The notes under the pieces are model-generated. The model was not told where the DNA came from, searched no databases, and worked only from the letters and a program-made list of their open reading frames with translations. Positions 24,646 to 37,735 of a DNA stretch of 64,000 nt are shown here, in pieces. Source of the stretch: Schmidtea polychroa. Lineage: Eukaryota. A program made the translations under genes and the position numbers. The DNA is taken from NCBI GenBank assembly GCA_044892525.1, contig CM097885.1, forward strand, positions 45,634,001 through 45,698,000. The letters are read 5' to 3'. The number at the start of each line of letters is the position of its first letter. Positions within the stretch are counted from its first letter, which is position 1.

Positions 24646-25363
24646 TTAATTAATACTTCTGCCAGGAAATTATCACTTAAATATAACTGAAAGGGTAGAA
24701 TTCACGTTTAAGTCAAAATGGAAAAATTACTAATAAACATTAAAAATGTATTTATCAAATTACATAAATTTTTTATAAACATTTAAATTAATTAATTAAA
24801 GTAAGCTTAAAATTTTTATTATTATTTAATTAATAAATTAAACCAGCATTGAAATCGGCATCAAAATTAAAAGAAAAGCCTCGAAGATATTTGTTTTAAT
24901 ATAATGGAAAAAGCGCAGTTTGTGAATGTATAATAAATTTTATTTAAATGATTTTATTAATGGATACCGAAAATGAATGTGATTCCGTTGCTGCTAACAA
25001 TAATAATAATAATAATAATAATAATAGGTAATATTAATAAATCACTATTATTATTATTCTTGTAAATTCAATTATTAGCCACTTTGAACTGTCAGAAACT
25101 TGAAGTATATGAACAATAAATACTTAATATCTAATTTTAAAAATCTAAATTAATTTTGTTTGTTTTATAAAAATAATGTATGATATTGAAAGAAAATAAA
25201 ATACAAAAATTATTATAGTAATAAAAATTTAACTATTTCTGATTGAAAATCAAAAACTATAATCTGGATAAATAATAAAATAAGGGAGTTAATTAAATTA
25301 AATATCAATTAATTTTATATTAAATTATTAAATATTATAAAAGCCCAAGTCACTCACTTACTC

Positions 25364-27556
25364 CAGCCCCGTACCGTGACACCTTTTGACGGGGGGGGCA
25401 GACTTGCGTTTGGGGGGGGGGCAGTAATTCTCGTGTAAACTAAGTATTTTATGAAAACAGACTAGTCACTACTCACACTTTGCACTCCGAAATGTTCAAT
25501 TTAAAAAAAAGGAAAGCAAAATCGACATTTTGTCTGAGCATTATTTTGCTACATTATTGCATATACTAGTATATAGTAAATGATTTTCGCACATTTTTTA
25601 GGAACAAACACAAAAAACAAATAGCTGCATGTATTTGCACGACGGACAATTGGACATACAAAGACAGCACACACAGTTACACAGATTTGAAAACTAAAGG
25701 TGAGTGCAATAGAAATTACACAGGAACTGGCTCTCTTCAATAGGAAAACCTTTGCAGTTTCAAATTCATGTTGGGTTTCGCTTAGGTCCACGCCACACAG
25801 TGTCGCTAAAGTCTTTAGATCCTCAATATTCAAAAAGTTTGCGTGATCAGTCTTGAAACATGCAAGAGACTTATAAAGGCTTCTGTTGGTGACACCGAAG
25901 CGTTTTGTTAGTTCCTGCAGAGTCCTATCAACGACTTCGTAATACATCTGGCGATATGCGCATCTGATAGGCAAGGCCTGGTGTTCTGGCTGTCCCACAG
26001 ATCCGAACACAATGAAGTTGTCTAATTTTGAGTTCATCTGAGTTCTTCTTCTTTTTGGTGTCTGTTCCATATCCATTTGACCTTCGAATTTCCCAAAAAG
26101 AACTTGGAATTCCTCTTCATTGCGTAGGCTGCGAATGCGCTCTATGACGCCATCCATAACATCACATGCTGAAGAAAGGTCCATTTCTTGACCCTGCAAG
26201 CTATTGTTGGCTGTTTCAAGGATAGTCAGCAATGAGAGCACCATGTGTGCAATGAACTGAAACTCCACTTCATTGACTCGATGCAAGAGTCCAGTAGCTT
26301 CCAATTGAATATCAATTGAAAAGTGAGAATGTCTACTAGAACACATCTCAAGCAAATTCACAATTGTATCATAATTAGTTGTTATTGCCTGAGTCGTCTG
26401 CAAGTGTCCTGTCCAACGATGTTCCATGAGCCGTGTCAACCCTAACCCAGATCACATTTAGTAGATGAGGACATCACTGCACTGTCACGGATACATGAAA
26501 TAGCAGGTACAGATGAAGGACTAGCACAAGTTGAGGACATAGTAGCAGAGATACTATCACTGGATGAAGTGACTGAAGTCACAGAATTCTTTGGAATGAC
26601 TTGGAAGAAATTCATGATACTCTTTTCTGTCGACATGTTCTAATTATTATTATCTTATTATTTATTATCTTATTATTTATTATCTTAATACAACCATAAA
26701 AATAAAATAAATAATAATAAAATAAAAAAGATGAAAATAAAAAAGATTTTAATTGTAGACTAAATAAATACAGAAGAAATATATGAAAATGTATTAAAAA
26801 TTAATAAAATTACTGAATTTGGAATGATCTTAAAAATAGATAATATTTAAACAAAATAAAATGATAAAATATCCACCGTTCAAATACTACTTTTTTTTAC
26901 TAAAAAGTATATATTTTTCAAAGTTATTTTTCAATTTAGCAATATTTTCTTAAATCATGTTTATATATTTTGTTTTTTCTATCAGGAAGTCTCTTAACTT
27001 TTAAACTTAAATTTTCATTTTTAAAAATTTTCTAAACATAGAGTGAAAAAAATATAAGATTTAATAATATAATTCTAATAATATTAGAATCTAATACGAT
27101 GAAAATAATGTTACAAAATATGATCAATTAACATGTCACTCTGCCATAGGAGTGAGTTGAGTATAATGACATGTGATGTGCTCTCATTGGCCTATCTCTC
27201 TACCATCGTATGAAGACCACAATGCACCCACTCCGTGCTCTGAAACTCAATCATGCCTCCATGCGTTGTTACTGCCTGTGAGGCAGGAAAGACAGACAGC
27301 ACGCACCCTACCCACGCCACCGACTTCACATGCCAGTCTCTTCCAGTGAGGCAGATAGATGGAACATCCTACCCCCGTCCACACTACATAAACCTCTACA
27401 TGTGCAACTCAATGCATGTGTGCACGATAGCAATTTTTCTTTTATCAAACATATTGAATGTAATTTTTTATTCATGTCCGTTTTTTTATTTGGGGGGGCC
27501 AGACTTGCGTTTGGGGGGGGCCGGGCCCTCCTGGGCCCCCCGACGGTACGGGCCTG
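25364..27556 (-). mobile_element. hAT (Tip100/Zaphod-like) internally deleted transposon
   Basis: TIR CAGCCCCGTACCGT / ACGGTACGGGCCTG; perfect 8-bp TSD ACTTACTC; ORFs 26442-26636 (N-terminus) and 25549-26439 (LMEHRW, EATGLL, LQGQEMDL). Confidence 0.93.
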
Positions 27557-29778
27557 ACTTACTCACTCACTCACTGATTCTGTAACGCTCAATGCTTACT
27601 ATGATTATTTTAAACTAATAATAACTACTTACAATTGTAAGTAGTTATCATTAGTTTATTATCTAACGTAAACCAGAAAGGTCTTAATTTTCAGTTTTGA
27701 TTAAAAAGTCTGAATTTCTTTGTTAAAAAGATTTCACTATATTTTCGGTAAGAGAAATTAAATTTTATTTCTTCTGAACCCTAAGTCTATTTATGTTTTT
27801 TTAACATTTTTAGTTTTATTTTGATCATTTCTTTCGAGCACAGACAATCAATTTTTAGAAGTTCTTGGGTAATTTTTTGTAAGTCTATCTTATACGACAA
27901 TCGTATTTTCACACGCAATATTGTGTATAGAGAAATTTTGTAATAAATAAATCATTCTTATGAACTGAAAATTAATTACTCATTCTTTTTACTGAACATA
28001 CCAATTCACATACCAATTTTTGGTTTTCGAACACACTAATTCGAACGCATGCAATAAGATTCACTTGAAGGACTTGGGATTTTGAAAAAAAGGGTGCCCG
28101 AGAAAAACCTAGTTAAATACTAAGTAAACATGAATATTTATTATTGATATTATAATTGATTACTTAGATTATTTGTCACAAGCAGTTTGTTTAAATAATA
28201 GGAAAACAACCGGTTTCTGAATTTGATTAAATAAATATTTATTATCTTGTATATTCATTTATAAACCTACATGTAGCATACAAAAGATATTAATTCTAAT
28301 CGCAGTAAACAAAACAATATACAGATTATTTACAAAGTATTATTCAATAATATTTAGTCTAAATAAATTCATTATTATTCCTTTCTCCCATAAATTCTTT
28401 TGAAGCTGCTCAAGAATTTATGCCTTAGAGACTATACAAATATCATTTTGAAGTCGAAAAGTCTGGAAGAAATGCTAATTTGTGACATGTGAATCTATTT
28501 AGTCTATTTGACAAATTTAAGATGATGACATATGTTAAGTTTTTTTGTTAAATGACAGTTGATCAATTTTCTTTTACCTTAAAAAGACCAGAAAAAATAT
28601 TATCTTTCTATATTATTTATTTACAAGTTACAGTTATAAAAACAATTTCTAATTTTTTTTATAGATGATTTTACTTAATGTTTTTACACACATGTTCGAA
28701 CTTAAATTTTTTTTAATATTATAAGAACTTTTCAATTTTCCCTTTGATTTCTTTTTAATTAACATTGTATTTATTAGGAATTTTTTGACAATGAATCAAT
28801 AAAGATATCGATATTTTATTTGATATTCACGAATTTTCGGCAATGCCATTTTGATATCTAAACATAAATTTAAAATGTGTCCGATAAACACTTCCCGTTC
28901 TCTAAGGGTTAATGTACGATTTTAGAAAATATTTATCAACTTTCGCATGATAGTAAAATTGAATTTTCTGAGCTGATTTTCTAGTCATAAAAACCGGTCG
29001 ATGTTCAAAACGTCTTTCACTACTACACACTCTTGATTTAGAAATATTTTAAACAAATTTGCTTCCACAGGAATATTATTGCATATATGATATTATAAAA
29101 TAAATAATTTAATCTGTCTAAAATTAATATATAATTCTCATGCTCGCATATAAAATGCATGAGTTTCTATTTTTAATGAAAACTTCAACAAAAGTGAATT
29201 TTTTTACAAGGATTTCACTATAAATTTTTGATGCCATTTTAATGATGTATAATATATTGTAAAATATCATTGATCTGTTTAATGTCTAAAATTTCCTTTA
29301 CAAAACAATGACATTTTAATGTTGAATTTTGAAATTTATTAGTAAAATAATACAATAAAATAAAAATATTCTGATATATTTTCTAAAATGTAAATATTTC
29401 AAAATATCTAAAAATGAAATTACAATTTTTGAAATCTGTGAACCATAAAACTTTGTCATATATTGCTAATTTACCAAACTGTTTAATGTTTCGAATGTTA
29501 ATTAAAATGAATGGATTACATTGCTAATGAAAAGTAAATTATTATTAAAAAGAAACAAATTAAATGGTTTTTTTCTTCATTATTAATTATACTTGTAACT
29601 ACAGTTATGATATCCTTTAGGCAAAGGTTGTTACTATTTCTTCTTAAAAAAGTAAATGTGAAATATGGAAAATCTGTCGATTAAAACGCATTAAGCAAAA
29701 GAAAATAAATACTTTATATCATATTTTCAAATAATAAATTGAATGAATCAAATTCATTAAAAGTAGTTTTTACTGCGA

Positions 29779-30790
29779 CAATAATCCCCCTATAACACGT
29801 TACTCCCATAACACGTGTTTTCCTCCATATAACACGGGATTTCCCACGTTATATTTCTGTATTACAAAATTTATAATGATTTGTACTGTTTATAATGTTT
29901 ATACGTTTGCACATTGTGTTCTTATAGAATTAAATTAAATTATTTTATTAAATTTGTGTTCCTAGTTTTTGAATTGTTAGAAAATAACAAAAACCTTTGA
30001 ACATTCTATTAAAAAATGATATATGTGGAATATTTTTTTCATATAGCTCCGACAGCGAATAAACATGTAATAAAACTTTTTTGGCATTATGTATAAGGTT
30101 GCCAGACGTCCCGGTTTTGATATCATTGTCCCGGTGTCCCGAAAGAGGTCTTCGGGACGCTCAATTGTCCCGTTTTTTTGCATTGCAATATTGGAAACAA
30201 AATTAAAACTTTTGGAGGACAACTGCCTCCAAAGTTTCGTTTATTTATCACACTTTCTATTTTTCGAATTAGCTTTCTTGTTCGATGGGTTTTAATATGA
30301 AACTTTTTCTGTTGGGTAGTTTGTTTTTGTTTAATTTAATCTCTGTGGCCGTCGTGGGAAAGTTACTCTTTTATTTACAATATTTAGAGCTTTTAAATTA
30401 TTTAATAATATGTGAGTTTATTGATTTTTATATTTATACTTGGTTTATTATTTTAATTTTTATATAGTTACTAGTGTTGCCAGACGTCCCGGTTTGTCTT
30501 GGTGAAAATCTGGCAACCATAATTATGTAATTTATTTGAAATTAACTGTTTTCTAGTTACATTTGTATAAGATTTTTATTTAAAATGTTCATAGTTTATT
30601 TTTTGATAAAACGCACATATTTCGTTCATAACTTAGTTTTTCCTTAATATTCAATTTAAATCCCTTTAACGAGAAAAGTTAAATGCGAATCATTTGTACA
30701 TAACACGTTATACGGGGTCATACGAGCGCGTTGTAAGAGAATTTTCCTATAACACGGAACCAATCTACCGTGTCATAAGGGGGATTACTG
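29779..30790. mobile_element. pogo/Tigger-type non-autonomous element
   Basis: Ends CAATAATCCCCCTATAACACG and CGTGTCATAAGGGGGATTACTG-TA; ATAACACG subterminal repeats. Confidence 0.8.
30094..30521. mobile_element. hAT (Blackjack-type) MITE nested in the pogo element
   Basis: TIR TAAGGTTGCCAGA / TCTGGCAACCATA; perfect 8-bp TSD ATTATGTA; GTCCCG repeats. Confidence 0.9.
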
Positions 30791-31051
30791 TATAATCAAA
30801 AATTAACAATCATTAAAAAATATTTTTCTTTAATTATTTAAAATTTATTAAAATTATATTAAAATTTTTGTTATTCAAAATTATAATATATTATCTAATA
30901 ATTTAATAACCATCGCTACATCATGTGAATAATTATATAAATAATTATATTAAATGATTATTATTTATATATTCTAATATATAATCTAATTCCTATTAAA
31001 TTATAAATGAGAAAGGCGCTCATTATTTTAATTATCATATTTTCATTTTAG

Positions 31052-31144
31052 GTTGATGCTCGTATAAGCTCATTTCGAAATGACCGAATGAGGGAATTGT
31101 CAATGAAATATGATGTTGGGAAACCAGTTTCCGGAATTGCATAA
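31052..31144 (+). CDS. CFAP77: CFAP77 terminal coding exon
   Basis: cattttag| acceptor, phase 0; VDARISSFRNDRMRELSMKYDVGKPVSGIA* corresponds to recalled VGRHLDTFPTEADRQRAL. Confidence 0.78.
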   Translation, partial: VDARISSFRNDRMRELSMKYDVGKPVSGIA

Positions 31145-31339
31145 AAATCGTATTACAATGGTTTAAGATTGTCTATTATTTTGTGTTGACATCATTAAAT
31201 TTCACAATTGTACACTTAGAAACTATATTATCACTTTTTAACATAATTATTATTGTCTTTTTATAAAAATATATTATAAATATTTCTTCGATTGCGTTAT
31301 TTATTATTTTAAATAATTATTTAAACAATTTTGTTACTA

Positions 31340-31392
31340 CAGTAAAACTTCTTTTATCCGACACAATTTTTGTCGGCAGGTTGTCGGATAGA
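31340..31392 (+). mobile_element. pogo/Tigger-like single terminus
   Basis: TA-CAGTAAAACTTCTTTTATCCGACAC...GTCGGATA. Confidence 0.5.
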
Positions 31393-31648
31393 CCATCTTA
31401 ACCCACATTTTAAGTAAATTGCATTTGTTCATCAGAATAAACTTAATATGTTCAAAAAAATTCAATAAAAAATCAAAAAACATCTGGTTTTTAGAACTTA
31501 ATCTTTTTTCACTGCCACATCACGCCAATAACCAATAACGCTTAATAACTTTAAATCCACATTATTGGAATTAAGTAAATATTAATTATGTTATTTTTTT
31601 GCATTTAAACCATTTTATTTTTATTTCGAAAAGATCAATTTTTCGGTA

Positions 31649-31708
31649 CACCTAAACCTCGATTTGCGCCGTTAATTGGGACGGTAGAAAGACGACGCAA
31701 ATCGAAAT
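31649..31708 (+). mobile_element. pogo/Tigger-like single terminus
   Basis: TA-CACCTAAACCTCGATTTGCG...CGCAAATCGA. Confidence 0.5.
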
Positions 31709-31819
31709 CATTTATCGTATGTGTTTATACCAGTTTTTCATTAATTTGTATCTTGTAGTAAATTTCATGAAAAAAACTAACTTTTTTCAATTTTCACCAC
31801 TGATTTCTTTTCAATTGAC

Positions 31820-31917
31820 ATTGTATTTAATAAAAAGCTTGACTATGAATCAGTAAATATATCGATGTTTTTTGATATATTTACTGATTCATAGTCAAGC
31901 ATTTTAATAAATACAAT
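31820..31917. repeat. inverted repeat (about 45-bp arms, short loop)
   Basis: GCTTGACTATGAATCAGTAAATATATC...GATATATTTACTGATTCATAGTCAAGC. Confidence 0.9.
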
Positions 31918-33044
31918 TTAGTATAAATAAATTTTTTTATTTTTCTACCCATTACCCATTTCAAATTATATTATCCTAAATTTAGTTAGAGTTATCATGG
32001 CAATCAGACAAAAATTGACGAATTTTATTTATAAAACTTTTTAATATTTAACAGTTTAATAGTTTTAAATAAAAAACTTCAATAATTGATTGAATAAAAT
32101 AATATAAAAAGAAAAAAAAACATCCAAAATTTATAAAGTGTACATAATAAATACACTATTTGTACTATAAAAATAATAAATCAGGAACTCACTTTCGTAA
32201 GATTTAGTTTATATAAAAAAATTATCATTTATATTGAAATAAAAACATGATAAGATACAGAACACCAGTCTATAGAAAAAGATTTTTATTTAAAGTTTTT
32301 CTATATCCAATTTGAATAATATTTCATTAACTATTAAGATTTGTCAAATATGTTAAAAGAAATAGTATGATAAGTCAATAACTGAAAACAGATGTTATTT
32401 TCTGTTTGTTTTAAAAATATTAAATATCCAGAAATTAATCAAAAACTGCAAAAAGCAGAAAGTATGAATACGCTACAGTTCGATGCAGAAGATACTTTGG
32501 AAATAATTTACATGATAACGAAAATAAGAAGACTTACATGACAGGATTAGTTCGTATTTTTTGGTCATGGGTTAAAATAAAAATGATCATATAATTTCGA
32601 TGCTCTATTCATATGTAGGTCACCAAAGAATCTTGCTATCGATGAAACATTTAAAAACGATGCAATGTTGTGAATTTCTACAGAATAAAATTAATTTTTA
32701 TATCAGTAAAACCTTTTATCCTTTTCTCCACCTTTGATTTATATAGTCGAAAACTAATTGAAGAAAAATGAACTCGTTATTTTTAATATAGATTAAACAT
32801 GTATATTGCGGACACAGTTGGTTCACAATTTTTTTGCAGTGCCATTAACCTATCAGATCAATGTCAAAACGAATTTGACGGGACCGAATATATTATTTGC
32901 AATATGTAAATATCAGCATTACAGTGCCCACAATAAACAGAATTTACTCAAAATTAGTAATTTTTACAAATTGGCTAATATATATAATTGAATATTTAAA
33001 CAAACCTTATTCAGATTAATTTTATTTTAATTACCATTTACATG

Positions 33045-33240
33045 TATAAAATGATGATTTCTTGGTAGCAGCATTTATTATTTAAAACAATAAAGTGATA
33101 ATTTAAGCCTTATGCTGCGAATAATGCATTTAATGAAAAATATTTCGACTATCAGATAGTCCTTGTCAATTATAGTCGAAAATTTTTTCATTAAATACAT
33201 TATTCGCAGCAACAGGCTTAAATTATCACTTAATTGTTTT
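33045..33240. mobile_element. minimal palindromic Penelope-terminus insertion with TSD, carrying a hammerhead-like motif
   Basis: 12-bp TSD ACCATTTACATG at 33033-33044 and 33241-33252; arms homologous to 44776-44979 and to the Penelope end at 62933-63020. Confidence 0.85.
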
Positions 33241-33814
33241 ACCATTTACATGACTACAATTGAAATCATAATTTTTTTAAACTTTTTGATCTGTTTTTAT
33301 TAGTTTTAATATTAAATGAAATTTAAAAATCTATAATTTTAATAAACCATTTTTTAATAAAAAGATTTTATAAAATAAGTCTCAGTTTTTGTTTTTTATT
33401 CACATTTCAGATAAATTTTATGAAAAATGATGCTTTAAATCTCTACTCAAATTTTATATATTAAAACAATTTTTATTTTAAAAGTATTTCTATAATTATC
33501 TTTTTGCAGAGTATAACGACAAAAAATGTTTTAATTAAATCGATGTACTCTAATTGGAAAACTCCACGACGAAATGGCAATTACAATAATAGTTTTAATT
33601 TGTTCTAACTCACTTTTACGATTTGCGTGATAAGGAAATGTGTTTTAATTGCGAAGGGTATAGTTTTGGAAATGAAATTTCTATATTTTTTTAAAATTAT
33701 TTGAAATAAATTTATAAACATAATTTTTTTCGAATTATCTTTTTTATAAAATTTAAATCAACTTTAAATCTTATAAAGGAATATGTATTGAATTTTTAAA
33801 AAAGTAATTGAATA

Positions 33815-33885
33815 CACCAATCCCTCGATTTACGCGGTCATAAAAAATAATATAAAATGGTACCGCGTCAATCGAGGGATTGGTG
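33815..33885. mobile_element. 71-bp pogo/Tc1-type micro-MITE
   Basis: TIR CACCAATCCCTCGATTTACGCGGT / ACCGCGTCAATCGAGGGATTGGTG, TA on both sides. Confidence 0.9.
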
Positions 33886-33995
33886 TATTTAAAATGTATT
33901 CATTGAAAAATTAAAAATATAATTTTATTATTTACATTATTTTATTTGTATTTTTAGAAACAGTTCTTTAAGTATTCGTGTAATCATCCTATCAG

Positions 33996-34960
33996 TATGG
34001 ATGTCAAATTCCGATGAAAGTGGAACTTCGGGTATCCGAGCAAATTTTATGTTCGGATCGGATCCTTGTAAATTATATGAGAATACGAAAACTTGTAAAA
34101 TTATCATTTTGACGAACATTTTTTGAAATATTTGGAGTTTTCGTACACATATAATGATAAATTTAAACCATTAAATTAAACATTATCTGCAACTCTTCAT
34201 GTTTTATCATCTTTTCTCTGCTGTGCTCGATTGCATTTTTTTACTCAATTTTGCGAAGAACGAGTTCAGGAACGCCAGAGCGAAAATGCTTTCTGCGCCA
34301 AGTCGAGAAAGAAGTTTTGTAACAAACAAGCCAGAAAGCGAGAATGCTCGTTCAGAATCAACGCTTTTTCAACAGATTCGAAAACGTTTTTTGTGCATAG
34401 TTTCTCGCTTGCCCCTTGATTTGAACAGCTTAAGCTCATTCTCGAGAATAGTATGTTGTGAGCGTTAGTTTTGGATAGAAAACTGTTTTGTCTGTTGCCT
34501 CATTTGCCGATTATTTGCTGATGACGAAGACACTCCCGATTTCCCAGCTTCCGTTGCAATTTTGAGATTTTGTTCGAATGTGAGTTCCTCAGCCTATTCC
34601 GTTTCAACGTTATTGTTCTGCACAGCTTCGGCTATTTTCACCTCATCATCGATGAATTTCAAAGAGACTTCCTTCAATGATTTGATGATATTCTTCTCAA
34701 ACGACTTCTCGATAAATTCAGCAATATCAGGCTTCTTGGATGGATTTCGAAGGAAATAGATTACATCTGACAGAACAGTTCGTGTTAAGAAATGCGAAAT
34801 GTGAGTTAATTGAACAATTCACGACCGATTGCTCAATCGAATTTCTTGAGATCTGTTAACATGAACCACAGAACAGCATCGGCAGTAAACAAATTTGCAC
34901 CTTCAGCACAGAAAGCCTCGACTGACTGCTTGATTTCAATGATCGAGAATTTTATTTCAG
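33996..34960 (-). mobile_element. hAT transposase C-terminal remnant with one end
   Basis: VEAFCAEGANLFTADAVLWFML...SVDSERAFSLSGLFVTKLLSRLGAESIFALAFL (dimerisation domain), with stops; TCGG subterminal repeats. Confidence 0.85.
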
Positions 34961-35105
34961 TAGGGTATCATGTAGACCCGGGAACAAAGAAAATTACGTC
35001 ATAAAAAATTTTAAGGTCACGGTAAGGTCAAAGGCATTTTACCAAACATAGACATTTGACTCATCATTTAAACAAAGAACTATTACGCAACAAAGACATT
35101 TTAGG

Positions 35106-35214
35106 AACAAAGACATATGACCCATCAATTTAATCAAAGACATATGACTCATTATTTTAAACAAAGACATATGACTCATTATTTTAAATAAAGACATATG
35201 AGTCATTATATTTT
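35106..35214. repeat. 27-bp minisatellite (AACAAAGACATATGACTCATTATTTTA), about 4 copies
   Basis: Direct reading; more degenerate units extend to about 35044. Confidence 0.85.
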
Positions 35215-35838
35215 TAATTTTCAAAGGTCAGATAAGGCCAGAGTTTCAAGCAAGGGTATCATTCGAAATGTCTATTCTCTACCAATTATTATTATTATTA
35301 TTATTATTTCGCGCGCTAAAAATATTATTATTATTATAATTATATATAATTAGAGTTTATCCGACAAGATATTCTGTCACCCTAAGGGTACTGCTCATAT
35401 GGATAATGGTCACAAAGGTACTACTCACATTTAACATGTCTCAAAGAGCATATTATAATTATTATTATTATTATTAAAATTATTATTAAATTCTGATCAA
35501 CTTAAACCAATGAAAGGGTAGGACAAAAATATATTACGTTGCGTATTTTAAAATATAAATATATTTTAAAAACTTATTTTGAAGCTAAAGTTGACTTATT
35601 TAACAAAGACATAATAAAATTATTGCACATGCTTTGTATCATTATTATTATTTTTTGAATTTTAAATATTTTCTTTCAAAGTATTATTTTAATACACGCG
35701 GCAGTTATTATTATTATTATTATTGATGAAAATAAACCTAAAATTTTGTTTACACACACACACACAACCCATTAACCAATATAATTATTTATTATCAATA
35801 TATTATTATTATCAATATTAGTGAAAACCTAAAACCCT

Positions 35839-36165
35839 CCTTTCTCTTAATTCTCATTGGTTGTAAATATAATGAAATTTTTTATTAAAAACTTTTAAAA
35901 TATTTACATTTTAAATTCCAAAATGACACAAACTAAAAATTTTTAAATTTTTTATACAGCTTCTAGAAGCCTAATAAAATATTTCAAAATATTCTAAATA
36001 AAGCCTCCAATAACCACTTATATATGCTATTTAAATATTTCAATAAATGTGTCAATTTTGATTTTCAAATCCTATTTTTTAAAATTTTCTATATTCTTCT
36101 AATTATTACTTTTTAGTTTATTATATTTTTTTAAATTTCTTTATATATTGTCAGTTATTCTCAAG
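35839..36165 (-). repeat. dispersed copy of the region 3' of the Penelope ORF (matches 63077-63443)
   Basis: Shared TGGTTGTAAATATAATGAA...CCAAAATGACACAAACTAAAAAT...GTCAGTTATTCTCAAG. Confidence 0.88.
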
Positions 36166-37250
36166 ATCAAATTCGAAAATCGTAAGTTTTAATAACTTGT
36201 ATAAAAAAAAATTAATTTCATAGAATTACATAAAATGCAAAATTCGCCATATCAATGAGCCGGAGATTACAAAAACTTAAAAATGATTTAATTATTTAAC
36301 AGTACTACTCAAACATACGATTCACCAATATATTTCGACAGTTTTCCTGCAATCAACAGATAGAATATACACTAAAAAAACGTATGTTTGAGGGTTGTTT
36401 TCTAATATTTATTAACTATTAATCTATTTTTTATTTATTTATTTTTTTATAATATATATTTATTTATTATTCATAATTTTTCATTTGAAAATAAATCAAT
36501 CCATCAACAAATTAAAAATGCTAAAATTCGTGATAAAATGAATTTTTTAATAAATAATAAAAAATTCAGAAAAAACCGAATTTCCAATTTTTTTTCAGAT
36601 TTTTCAGTTCATTTCACTGGAAAAGCTTTGAAAATTTTAGTTTCATGTCTCGTTGAATAAACTTTACAATTTCATTATAGGAAGAAAAAATGAATAATAA
36701 AAACCGAAACTAGAGTGGAAATTAATCAGAAAGAATAAAGAATCAGAATCGTTCGAGAATTAGTTACAATTAACTTGTTATACACGGAAATGAGTCAAAT
36801 TTATCTATCACTGCTCCTCACCGTAGACCGAATTACCCAACTGACTAAATCCATCAGCGCAATTCGCCCATTGTATGTAACAACTAGAGAGTTAACGGGG
36901 AATTATTTCTTAAAAATTAACATAAAATAAATTATTCGTTATTAAATTTTAATCGAAATTTTATTAATCTTGTCGCGGTTTCGTTTATTTGTTGATATTT
37001 AGTTAAGAAAGTAAAAAATAATTTTTGGGAAAAAGTAAATTTATTTTTAAAGTAATGATTTTTGAAATATTATTTTTTGATCATTTTCGGCAATTTTTTA
37101 CGCCAAATTTTACGCAACATCTTATTTTTTGTTTTTCTATTGAATATTAAAATTTATAAATCAAAATAAATTGATAAAAAATTGTTCAAATGAAATTTGG
37201 TAAACTCAATCTTTCAAATATTAATAATTTTCAATTACATCAGTCTTGCC

Positions 37251-37735
37251 CAGGGGTGGGACACCTTTTTATTTCCATGGGTCACATTGAAATTTATCCC
37301 CTCCAAATGGGGCCGCAATCAAAAAGTATTTTAACATTAATTAATTTCATGTTTTTTTCATTTTTTGTTTAAATACAATTAGTAATTAAAACAATGTTTA
37401 TAATTAGTATCCAGATTTGAAAAGTGCAGTACGAAATATTTTGGAAAATGTTTATTATTTCTGAATCGAAAAATTGATGCAAATAAGAAATCATTTCACA
37501 AACGAGTGCTCAATAATCTTATTTATTCGTCTACATACGTTGTGTATTTATGGGTGTGAATGATTAACTTTTATATTTCGTTCTTTGCACTCGGCGGGTT
37601 GCTTGTAGAGTACGGTGTATATACAATTCAGTAGTTACAAGTATTTTTATTTGTAAATCCTCCAAATTCAAGGCTTTTTATATAAATTAGGATTTATTTC
37701 GATAAGGCTCCGGAAGCCGCAGATTCCGCACCCTG
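37251..37735. mobile_element. old hAT-Charlie-type MITE
   Basis: Ends CAGGGGTGGGACACC and GATTCCGCACCCTG; degenerate TSD GTCTTGCC / ATCTAGTC. Confidence 0.6.

Noticed and set aside
28890..28912. piggyBac-like end (AGGG-TTAA), with PKNLAIDE near 32625
   Set aside because: No matching second terminus and the coding remnants are too degenerate to link
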